Source of the DNA: Takakia lepidozioides
Lineage: Eukaryota > Plantae > Bryophyta
Assembly: GCA_030704615.1 (NCBI GenBank)
Contig: CM060733.1
Location: 69,192,001-69,256,000, forward strand
Reading direction: 5' to 3'
DNA length: 64,000 bases
Shown here: positions 52,901 to 64,000 of the stretch, piece by piece
Numbering within the stretch: position 1 is the stretch's first letter
How the letters are laid out: every line of letters starts with the position of its first letter
Notes under the pieces: generated by a model
The model's input: only the letters and a program-made list of their open reading frames with translations
The model's database searches: none
What the model was told of the DNA's origin: nothing
Translations under genes and position numbers: made by a program

Positions 52901-53831
52901 GCCTTCCACACGTCTTTCAACGTCCCGCCAAACTGCGCCAACAACCCTTCCCAAAAGGCTGTCGGCATGGGAGGCATCTCTTGGTTTGTCGGAGCTCTCA
53001 AGGATTCCTCGGGCTCCGACTCCTCGGATTCATCCCGCTCCTGAGCGGCCTCGTTTTCGGAAACATTCATCGCTTCCTCAAACGGCCGCCTCGGTGACAC
53101 GTCGCCCCCATCGGGCTCACCAGGATCATCATCTTTTGGGCCGTTGAGCGAAGGGGGACCGTTATGTCCCGGTGAGCAGCCGAAGCTCCAAGTTGGCCCG
53201 GCGGCCGGTTGGGAGTCAGGCGCGCGCATCAAAGCGAGTAACAATGACTTGAGGGGGAGCTTACCGAAGTGAGGTGCGCGACATTTGGTAGATGGCAGTC
53301 CGGAACAGCTCCCCACTCTTTGGTCGCTTTCCGGCTCGCTCGCTTACTCACTAGTTTTTGGTCACCAACGGGCTTGCACCGTTCTCGGGGTTACTACTCC
53401 CTATATATACTTCTGTAGCTGTCCGCGGGGGTTTCACAACCAGCCATGCCATTTTATGGCGAACCACCACGAAGACCCTCGATTCCCGGTGGTGAGTCGC
53501 GGTGAGTCTTGGCCCGCTCGCCACGGCCCCTATGGACCGTGATGAGTCCCAAGACTCCCCACGACTCCCACCACGAGGTCTCCGCCCCCATGGTGAGTCC
53601 TATGCCACCCCCACTAAGTCCCACTAAGCTACCACCACCCCTTGTGGAGCCACCCCCACCGCAACCCGGTGTGCGGGGCTCCACCTAGTGAGCGCCTCTG
53701 CTTCCCTGAGTGCCTTGGGCACTCAAGGGTGCTTCAGCCCCCCCCTATACCTATTGCTGCCGCTGCCCCCACCACAGGGACAGCCCCTCATGTGTCCCGA
53801 CCCCCTGCCCTCAAGGCAAAGGGCCGCGACA
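46977..53831 (-). mobile_element. Ty3/gypsy chromovirus LTR retrotransposon, recent insertion
   Basis: TG..CA termini; LTR 46977-47706 and near-identical but rearranged LTR 53146-53831; 5-bp TSD CCACG (46972-46976)/CCATG (53832-53836); PPT at ~47707-47720. Confidence 0.95.
48615..53100 (-). pseudogene. Chromovirus gag-pol (gag, CCHC, PR, RT, RNase H, IN, chromodomain)
   Basis: [14 protein letters not shown]; [11 protein letters not shown]; YIDD; AYESKKL; SMDF..VVVDRFSK..DRDPKF..GQTERVN; chromodomain EYEVEAILKSR..YLVKWKGY..ASW. One stop (52786) and two frameshifts (~50560, ~49980). Confidence 0.93.
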
Positions 53832-54359
53832 CCATGTCATCACACTTGAAGGTCGCGTCACCACGCGCCCAGGAAGAAGTGGAGTGTATTCCCGCGGATT
53901 GGCACCCTTTACCGCGGAAACAAGTTGGACGACATAATAAAAGGCAGTGGTCATTCCCACCTGAAAGCAACAGATGAATAAAGGATGGATGAATGTACAG
54001 TTGGATGATAAACAGATGGATGAGTGTGAAAAATGAATGTAGATGGATGAATGAGGGATGGATAAGAGTCAAATGGATGAATGTATAATGGATGTTGAAC
54101 AATGGAAAACATTCATGACAGGAAGATGCATGACTAAAACCTTAGACGAATGCACAACGTATATGACATGAGTGTGGTAGGTTTGTGGGGTGGATTAAAG
54201 AGTACAGAGGATGAATGTACAATGGATGTTGAACAAAGGAAAACATTCATGAATGGAGCACGCATGAATACACTGTAGATGAAAGCACAATGGATATGAC
54301 AAGAGTGAGGGAGGTTTGTGAGATGGATTCATACATATTGCAATTTAAATGGTAGTTGA

Positions 54360-57300
54360 TCTACGCTGGCTACCCTACGGCCGGGCAGTAAAAAGTCAGA
54401 GGATAGGGACTCGGCCGCGTGAAGTGCCATTGCTTCGGCATAATCAGGAAGCAGAAAATTGGAAAGGGGGCTGTCGAAAACAGACTCGCCACAAATGACT
54501 GTATCTCCTGAAGATCCACCGCTGCCTTTCCTGAAAGACAGCCTGAAAAAGTTATTACTATAACTTTGATGTTATTGAGAAATTGAGTATGGCTCCCAAA
54601 GTGGGTTTAGCGCTTACTCACATGAAAAGTCGTTGTCGACCTGCTTATCGTCGGAATCGTCATCATTTCGAATTTGAATCCGATCAGTCTGTGTGCCTGA
54701 AGTGGAGCCAGACAAAAGGGGGAGGAGCACTGTGTTGTAAAGGTCAGAATCACCCTCCATGCCAAAAAGGCTTCTTCTGCCTGCCTTGCATGCATGGTAA
54801 GTTGCTCCTGCACCAGACAGGAGGACATGAACAGTTTGGTGGGGGGGATTTAAGCAGATGGAACTGATGAAAGAAAATCAATTCGGAAGGGAGAGAACAA
54901 ACATGTGGACACAGAAAGATTCACCACCCGTGCAGAGTGGTGGCTGCATGACTCCAGCAGTATTTGCATGAACGCTGGGGATTTTTCCTTTGCACCTCTC
55001 TAGGGAGTGCCATCTGGTCTCTTCAGAGTCTGACTGGACTGCATGAAGTTGTACAAAATGTCATCGACATGCGGCTCATACGGGGGGTTGACGAAACAAC
55101 CCTGGTCAGAAATCTCAAAGCTGCGGATGGAGGATGGTGTCTTTGAGGTGTGAATCCTCCGCAGGCAAATCGCCTCAAACATACTCGTCTGCCAAAGATA
55201 GCAGGTTAGTGTGGTAAACACAATCTATAGTGGAAGTGTGTACATCGGCTATTCATAACTTAGGCATAAAACAATCATTTTTATCACGAATCGGTGATGA
55301 TCGGTGTCGATCATGACAGATTCTTCTAGAGTGGAGCTGCAGAGAACATTGAAACTCATCATGAAAGCACAAGCAGAAGGGAGACGACATACCAGCTGAT
55401 CAGGGAAACCCCTTTCACACGGTAGAGGCTGTTCACACAATTTCATGTGCGCAAAACTTCAAACCCTGAAGACTTCAGGTATGATGCCAATGCCCGACGA
55501 CTATCTTTGTCACATGACTGAAAAAGCAGAAGTGTCCCTGCATCAGAGAGGAAATTATTACAGAACCCGAACACCCAACTCCAGTAGTTGTCCTCGAATT
55601 TGTTCCATCCTAGCGTCTTGCCCTTTGGAAGAACTTCTGGCACAGCCTGGCCATCTGGGATGTCGAGAATGACAATGTCAGCCGCATATGTTTTCTGCAC
55701 ACCGCACACGAAGGTGGGACCAGTGCTCACCTGCAACAGATATGTTTATTTTAAGAACGATGGCAAGAATGTTTTCAAAGAACCAGACTAAAATATTGCC
55801 AATGAAACTTTCAAAGAAAAAGGAAAGAAACTGGAATTCTCACCAGATTGAGGAATGAGATTATGTTGTCCTAGGTAGGCAAAGGCACCCCAGTGTATCC
55901 TCTCTTTCGACTCTGCATCATCGCCAGCCAACCCTCATTGACAATTTTAATCTCTCCTGCCGAATCAGAACGGGAAGGGTGTGGCTTGGCATCGAACACG
56001 CACTGAACTGTGCGGGTATATCTTCCAGCAGTGAAGTCCTGCCCACTCTCCTTTTCCTTCTCTATCTCCTTTTCTTTCTCCTTCCCCTTGTCCTTTTCAT
56101 TCTCCTTCTCTTTGGACTTGTCTTTGTCCTTTGGCTTTGCTGGTGAGATGGGTATGACATCAGGAGCCTTGTCTTTTGGTTTGCGGCCCGCCTTCTTTCC
56201 CTTCTGCGGCGTTCCCTGAGCATTAGGCTCCTTGGCAGCCAATGTTGCTATGTTTCTTTTGGTATTGCTCGTCAGTCAGAGGCGCCAGCATCTCAGCATT
56301 ATTGTTCAAATATTTCATGTGCTGTTCTTGAAAGGTCGTGTGCTCCAGTGGGCAGTCAAGGTACCAGCCACAGTCTCTGAAGTGAAAAGGACTCCAGTCC
56401 TTCAATATCCTTGCAGTATACATGGATGGATCGTTTGTTGGGTCCGACCACATGTCAAGATAGTCTGGAATACGGCTCAGGTGATTTCCTTCCATAAGCA
56501 CATATTTCGTGTACCTGTTAAAAAAGAGATAAATCCCAACCCACCAAAGCGCGAAGTGAGTAAGATGCAAGTATCACAGAATGAAAAAAACAAGGAATGA
56601 AATGGCTCTGAGAACTGCTCCAAGGAGCTCTCAGGACCACGCGACAGCTCTGGATGTGAATGTCGTCAAAGCCATTCAAAACATTCCATTCAATGATACT
56701 GCAAATACACCCTAATCCACGTGAATGCAAACTCTCGCTTTGGAATGACACAGACATAGAAGTGAATGTCGTCAACGTCATTCACTTTGGATTTGGGAAT
56801 ACACTGCTAATCAAGCCTAATGATTTTTCAAAAGAGGCAAAATCATTGGATGGAAACTGAATGTCGGCAACGACATTCAGAACCTCGAGAAAGGAACCCT
56901 CCCTAAAAACTCAATGGACATTCAAAACGTACATAACACTGAGGACCTCATAATAACACTGGATGTGAATGGCGTCAACGCCATTCACAAAATTCCGAAC
57001 AAGGAACCAATAAATACACCCTAAGCTCCTAATCCATGTAAATTCAAATTGTCGCTGGTGAATGACACAAACATAGAAGTGAATGTCGTCAACGACATTC
57101 ACTTTGGATCTCTGATAACACAGCTAATCAAGCCTCAAGATTTCTCGCAAGAGGCAAAAGCATTGCAGAACAACTGAATGTCTGCATTGACATTCAGCAA
57201 ACTGGAGTGAGGAACCCTCACTGTAAACTCTATGGACATTACAAAAACTTACATATCTCTGAGGACCTCTTAACAACTCTGGATGTGAATGTCGTCAACG

Positions 57301-60300
57301 CCATTCAGGGATATTATCAATTCTAATCAAGGACACTATAAATACACCCTAAGCTCCTAATCCAGGTGAATTCAAATTCTCACTTAAGAATGACTCAGAC
57401 AAAGAAGTGAATGTCGTCAACGACATTCAATTTGGATCTATGATTACAATCCTTATGAAGCCTAATTATTTCCCAAAAAGTGCAGTAGAGTTTCCAGTAT
57501 GATATTGCACCTGTACACAACTCGCATCATGGCCCACTCTCCTCCAACCTGACTGTCAAAGTTGTTGGACCGTAAAATGTTACCATCTTTGGAGAACTCC
57601 CGGAACAGTATCTCCAGGTGAGACCTCTCCACTTCCTTATGTATGCCTCCAATGACATTTGGGGAGGGGAAACAATCGAAATGTTCAAGTCCTTCAATGT
57701 CTGATCCAGCACAAAGACGGCGCGCTTTTCGAGCTGCAAATTGTATATTTGTCAGTATTGCAAATAAGATACTCATCACATAATTGAAGAAAAGAAAACG
57801 GCTTATTTGAATACACACTTGACTCCAAAATGTAGCCTTGTGGAGCCAGTTATCAAACACCAAATCATTGATTCCTTCCACCTTTGTGCCAGGCTGTATG
57901 GTGCTCTTTGGGAACTGATTCAAGTCCTTTACTGTCTTATCTGAGTTCCATATCTCCAGCCACCTTATTTTTGTTTGTGGGTCGACCATGGATATGGTCA
58001 GCCGGTGCAATTTCTCTTGCTGCATCTCCGGATGCACATGCTTGTCATAGTGAGATTTGATCTGCTGAAGGAACTCAGAACCAAGTCCAGGATCTACTAT
58101 TCTAAGTTGCTTTCCGAAGGCGGACATCAATTTGGTTCTTCAAATTTCAGACTCCTTCTTTATTGCTGCTTCCACACCTTTTGATGTCCTTAGTTCCTCT
58201 GGTGTAGTGCGGTAATATTCGGATTTCCCTTCTCAGCTGCCTCTGCCAGTTCTTGCTGCATTGATTCAAATAGTGATTAGCACTGAAGGAACTACAAACA
58301 TGTATTCGAAAAGTAAACTGAGTACAGACTCGGGCTTACCGCATACATGTACTGCAGAAATGCCTCTCGAGTCAAAGAATACCAAGTGTCTGCAGCTCTT
58401 CCTGTTTCGCACTTCTTGATTATATTGGGGTGGAGTACTGTCCGAAAATCATCCAGCTTCATCAGACCAATCCTCTGAATTCGGAATAGTGTGTGGACCA
58501 AGCTTGTTATCACATGCGATTTCTCTGTCGATCTGCAAAAACATTGGAAACATTGCATTCCTTAACACTGTTTTTTTGGGATTAACAAGACACTACATAG
58601 GGAATGAAGTCTCTAGGATGACTTACTTGTTCACGTCGTGCATAGCTGTAAGAAGCCTAGCGATGTCATTTCCAGGATCCAAAACCATTGCCTCCACAGC
58701 AACATGCTTGTCTTTGTCTTTCGCATGATGTTTCTGAATGTATCACATCCATGCCAGCAATCGGTGGTTGTCGTCCCAGACGTAGAACATGCGGTTGCAG
58801 AATTGCTGGGTGTTCTTTCCCATCATGAGGCCCAGCTCGAACTCGTCATTAGCATCTTTCCAGCACTCATCCCAGGTATCACTGATCTCTGGAGACACTA
58901 ATGTGCTTTTCCCATTTGTATCCGTCAGTGACATATAAAAAACTTGTGCACCAAGTCTGTATCCATGCACGAAAATCACTCTCCAATTTTGTTATGTCAT
59001 GGGAAAGAGGTGGACGCACAACAGGCATAGATATCATCCGACATAGAGGGATGTCCAGACGCCGTCCAGATACGAGCATGTCCCTTATAACCTCATGAGA
59101 GTTTACCTTCTGGAATGACATGAGTTCTTTCACCTTGTCAAGGAGTTCTTTCACTTCAGATTCATCTGCTTCATCGCTATTCTCTGAACTTTTTCCAGAC
59201 TCGTCCCCATCTCCAGATCCTTTCCCCTCTGATCCTGTAGGCTTGGACCTCACAGTTTTCTACACGATGCCATTCAAATCTGACTGAGTAATGTGCAAAT
59301 AGTGAACGGCGGTAACGACCATCACTCTGTCTCGTCTCAACTCACAATGAATGGTGTGAAATAAATTCAGAACCATCTACACAAGCAAAGCTGATCCTGC
59401 CGAATTCAAAACAAAACACTATGATTCTAGGGACACAGGAACAGAAAGGTTTTGAGCAAGAGCGAACGGCGTTAATGACAATCACAAAAGAGTGGGACAT
59501 GCCGGATCGGTGTTGTGCAATGACATATATGTGTAAGTGATTGGCGGCAACGACACTCAGTATAGTTTAGGGCGGACAATAAGTGCAGATTATTCAGATT
59601 GACTCCATTGTGATGAACGTCGCAAGCATTCACTGTTTCTTGTCTATGTCGAGAGTACTTTCCAATCGATACTCTACCTGAATCTACAGTATGGTCTTCA
59701 AATCTTTGATTGGCGATACCGCCTTTCCACTTCTCTATCTGTTCAACCTCAAACAAAGAAAATGCATTGCAAAACAATATGACTGAATATGCCAACCCTC
59801 ACTCTCTCTTCAAACACATAGGTACATAAATCTCATGAGGAGAATCGAATGGCGTTAACGACGCTCGCAATGCAGTAGACTTCAATCACATGTTCCTGCT
59901 TAAGAAGGGAAGAGGAAGGACTGCTTGAAAGGCAATCAGACAGACTGTATGATCTGAACAACAGTGAATGACGGTACCATCAGTCACCCACTCATTGTGT
60001 GGAAAACCCCTTACAGAGGAGTAGAAAGAAAATCACCATTGTTTCATGGTGATGGTCGGTAGCGACAATCCCTTTCTGGGACATTCCACTCAATCTCTAC
60101 GCAGATCTTCAACAATGAAATGGAAGTTAGAGAAAACTTATTGGCGCCTTCTTAGGTTTTGAAATTTGATCCCCTTCTGCAGCTTTCCTCTTCCCTCTCA
60201 CATCTGCTGGAATTTCTGTCTGCTCTAGGGTTTCTAGACCTTCTCCCAGTTCAGCGTTCCCCGTACTTCCACCTCCTTCAGTTTCCCTGCGAGTCATCTC

Positions 60301-60447
60301 TGCATCCACAGGCTGGTTTCCAACGCGCATTGTTATCGCCGACTGTGTCACAGCCGCTGCCTCAGTCTCGGTCTGCTCTTGTGAATCAGTCTCCGAGTTC
60401 ACCTGCTGCCTTGGCCCTGTGTTCTCCAACAAACGACGCCTCGTCAT
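54360..60447 (-). pseudogene. ParB/Srx-like + beta-class N4/N6 DNA methyltransferase-like gene, copy 2
   Basis: Same exon chain as copy 1: ParB exon ~59259-58627 (DDNHR variant); MTase exons ~55730-55393, 55189-54904, 54807-54622. Different lesions (TAG 55871, TGA 55443, frameshifts); retains the SMYTARILKDW..RDCGWY segment deleted in copy 1. Confidence 0.75.
56656..57430. repeat. Intronic palindrome array, copy 2 (8 palindromes)
   Basis: TGAATG(T/G)CGTCAACG(A/C)CATTCA or variants at ~56656, 56762, 56857, 56964, 57079, 57174, 57285 and 57407. Confidence 0.9.
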
Positions 60448-61308
60448 TTGCTCTCTTGCTCTGCGTCTCTCTCTAAGGGAAGTAAAATAAAGAGACTTTC
60501 TTCTCTTTCGTATTGTAGAAGGAACCCTCTCCAGCTTGACCCCCACTCTCCCTCTAAGCGCGAAAAATAGAAAAACGAAATGACTCCCGATTTCTTGCGG
60601 GATTGCGTGCATTGTGGCTTGTCTCTAGAAGCATCGGATTCCCTCTCGCGTGACTGTTACACATAGTCATTCCCTTATTAGTGCACATGCCAGCAATTAG
60701 TGTACAGCTGTTCGTATTCAATATAGTTATCGATGTCTGACGTGTGTCGCCCAAAATATACGGCGTGTTTTTTATTAGAACGGTTTCAATATTTAAAAAT
60801 AACAGCGAATCCCATAAATCTTGGCGCACAGTCTTAGACAAATATATGTAAATGAACGAGAGTTTGATGACAAATTTTGGGATATCATACACGTTCATCC
60901 TTGTTAGCCAACCCCACGTTCGTTTCACATTTTGAGCTTTCCAGGTGCGCATGATCATTGGTAGTAGTATAAAGATGCATTTACTTAATCTGCAATCCCA
61001 CCCTCAGATCTCGTGGCATGCTTCCAGGAAGTCGGCTTGTTATTGTGTTTATTGATGAGGTTTTGATTAACGGCTTAACAGCTGCCGACATTGCTCCTAG
61101 GGATACTCTGACCACAGGGCCCAAAAAAAAAGTAATTAAAATGGACGGCTGCATATCTGGAAGGAATAACAGAATATGCACAGTCATCGTCTGAGCTTCC
61201 TCCGCCATATTCTCTGCTCATTCTTCAACTGAGTTCTGGAGACATCAGTAAACCGATTTACACTGAAGGTCTGCGATAACAAGGTATCAACGTACGCGAG
61301 GAAGGAAG
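60448..61308. promoter_or_regulatory. Putative bidirectional promoter between the MTase-like gene (-) and the transposase (+)
   Basis: ~860 bp between divergent ATGs at 60447 and 61309; conserved in copy 1 (38760-39614). Promoter role is inferred from position only. Confidence 0.45.
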
Positions 61309-64000
61309 ATGGCTTCCTCTGAAGCGGAGTTCTTCTCTGACGACAAACCAGTGTCGTTTTCCCAGGAAGTCCTTGACAATGGATTTGCAATTGTTCTGGA
61401 ACATGTCTTGGCTACCCGTTTTCAGCTTCATAATGGCTCCATCTTTTTGGAGAAAGAGGTGTACGATTTGAAAGGGAAGTTGTTGAAATACTCTTTCCAA
61501 AACCGTGATGAGACGGCTCATGTTAGCCAGTGGAGAGTGCGCCCTGGTCGATACAGAGTACTTGGAGAGCCTCGGCGAAAGTCCCTTGGATCATATGTGA
61601 CGCCCGGGACTGCTGCTTCGGTCGTTGAAGACAAGAGGGAGGTGGTGGTGAAAAAAGAACAGACGTCCTCCACTCCAATCGTTGAGCTTTCGGATTCGTC
61701 CGATGATGACAAAAGTGAAATTCCAAATCCAGTCCTTCCTACTGTGGTTGGAGAAGCTGATGAAGAAGAGATTTGTAGTGTCATTCCAAAACTACGGGCG
61801 ATGGGAGGAATGGCTGGATTCAAAAGTGAGTTGCGAGGAATTGATTGGGAATCTTTGAAGCAGGTGCCTGTGAAGTTCTTGCTAGAGACTTTTGATGGCG
61901 ATATCCTATTCGAGCTGCCTCCTCCTCCACGAGTTGGAGGTGTAACAATCATGATGCATGGAATGGACAAGAAACGCGACGGGCACCCGTGGTGCAGAAC
62001 AATTACATCCAATATTCAGAATGATGACAAGCTTGTTTTCAGGAGAACAGTTTGCAATGGACACCTTAGGTGTGATAATTTGAATTGCAGACACTTTTTT
62101 CAGTCTGGGGTTCATAATCAAAGCGAATGGGAGGGTCTGGCGGAAAATCCATTTCAGCTTGGGACTGCCCCACCACCGGCAAACACTTTCGTCTGCAAAT
62201 TCTACAAACTTGTGTCATCCTGCTTGGCGCTCTGCGGATCAAGAATGTAATATGCTCTCCACTGTTTGAAAACAATGACAAGAGCTTGTGTGCATTTCGG
62301 ATTCCATAACCATCCTGTCTCGAAGAGGGATTACAGGGAGAGTGTTGAGACAGTATCAAGGTTGATTAAACAGGAGTTCGGGAGAAACCCATCCGCAACA
62401 ACATCTGCAATTGCTCTTGGTGCAAGCAAGTCCTTCTTGGAAAGCCATATTTTGAGTGAAGGGGATTCTGTGGGGACTAAACTTGACGGTGCAGCATTGG
62501 ACCTGGTCATGGATCATTTCACCACTTTGAGTTCACCTAACATTCGGCATCAGATCAATGCATTAAGAATAGGCTCTGGTATCAGAGGCTACATAGACAA
62601 CATTTTGGAGTTGAAACGAGTGAGCAAGTACGAATACATCCAGGACAATGTATTCCCAGGTCAAGGTGCCATCAAAGTTTTTCTTTTCAAAATGTCGACT
62701 GTTGGGGAGGGCAGTGGGGTTAGCCTCATGAAGCGGATGCAGAAGACTGGGGACTTGCATAACTGTTTTCTTATGTTTGATCATGTGAAACGAGTGAAGG
62801 ATTGGACGACAATGGCTTGTCATGTCTACGATCCAGTGTACCAACGAGTTATGACAATTGCAGTTTGTGACATGCAATCCGAGGATACGGAATCCGAGAA
62901 GCTCATGTGGAATTCCCTGATACGTGTCATGGGCTGCCATGGGCTGCCATCTCCAAATTTCGCAGGTTTCATGGCGGATAGTGCTCAAGCAAATTTCAAT
63001 GCTGTTCGTATTGTCTTCGGATCGGGCGACCCAAAAATGCCAATGCGAGGAAGAGAGCATACATGTCTATTCCATTGGACACAATCTCTTGAAAAACATA
63101 CAAAGTCGGACATCAAACCAGAGATGCAGACTCAACACCGTAAATTGTGCAAAGAGTACAAAGATGCTAGAACAATGAAGGAGGCGGACACTTTGTTCCA
63201 GACAATTCGTGCCTGGTGGTTCTCTTCTGGAGCTGCATCACTTGAGAGTATAAGAGCATTGGAAGATTGGCTGGCATTTTGGCACTTCCGGTATAGACAG
63301 TGGGGAGCAGCCATGGCAGTGGTACGAGGCTTATATTTCTTGCTTTATTCATACATTTACTTTCCATTTTATTGTCTCATCGCTTTCTTTATGTTGTTTC
63401 CTGTTCACTGCGCCCTTACGAGATAAGGTTATTTAATTGAAGAATGAGGCACTTTCGCTCCAACCGTAAGCTTTTTTATGTTTGCAGAACATGTCCATTG
63501 AGGAAATGACGGACATGCCATCTTGCAATTTGGCAGAAACTGTGCACAACGCATGGTTGCAGCAGTCTAGGAAACGAGGTCGGGATTTGTATGTGGCAAC
63601 AACAGATGATTTGATACGTGCCTTGCAACAACAAACCCGATACCGTGATTTCTTGCGAGGTGGGGTTGGTGGCAAGGGTCCGGACAAATAGGAGTTGATG
63701 TTGCGTGCTACAAACAGATCTGGGGATCCAATCAAGATAGCACGGGCGGTGAGCATGTATGCCCAGGGAACGCCACTTGTTTCTAGAGTTCCACATCTTG
63801 AAAGGGAGGAGAGATTCGGCTCCTATAAGAGGAAATTGAACACTCCACCTGGTTCGGATTCCGATTTGCACAGGGTAGACCGTGATAACTTCTCGAAGCC
63901 TCGTGTTCCCCTGCATGACAACTCCATATCCGGAACCTCCATTCTAGAAGAATCTCCAACACGACGGCAAGCTCCAGCATCAAACAGTGCCACTGAAATG
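61309..64000 (+). pseudogene. Mutator-like (MULE) DDE transposase with N-terminal GCM/WRKY-like Zn finger; runs off the window
   Basis: GHPWCRTITSN..RRTVCNGHLRC..C..VHFGFHNHP (GCM-like); LMFD, FMADSAQANFNAVRIVF, HTCLFHW (CxxH), CNLAETVHNAW (D-D-E). Intron 63322-63487; stops at ~62248 and ~63689. Confidence 0.85.

Overview
Eukaryotic, intron-rich, TE-dense plant DNA, most consistent with a bryophyte-grade land plant (inferred from gene and TE types). There is one intact host gene, a 12-exon PP2A B'' (EF-hand) regulatory subunit at 17478-24936 (+). Around it lie gene fragments (DUF707, Aquarius), non-autonomous TC...CTAG Helitrons, a complete but decayed hAT element with an 8-bp TSD, a decayed Ty3/gypsy element with a dUTPase-like domain, an L1/Tx1 RT fragment, a young chromovirus and a piggyBac transposase fragment. 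The most unusual content is a Mutator-like element family. Its transposase (GCM-like Zn finger + MULE DDE, probably ending in SWIM) sits head-to-head with a spliced gene fusing a ParB/Srx-like domain (DGNHR) to a bacterial-type beta-class N4C/N6A DNA-methyltransferase-like domain. The element occurs as two inverted copies (38731-46019 and 46878->64000) plus a very divergent paralog (1.7-4.5 kb). In all three, the same intron holds an array of palindromic or inverted motifs sharing AATGGCG/CGCCATT. This suggests a transposon-encoded self-recognition and DNA-marking or anti-silencing system. All copies here are pseudogenised and function is inferred. Domain calls come from motif recognition by eye, not database searches.
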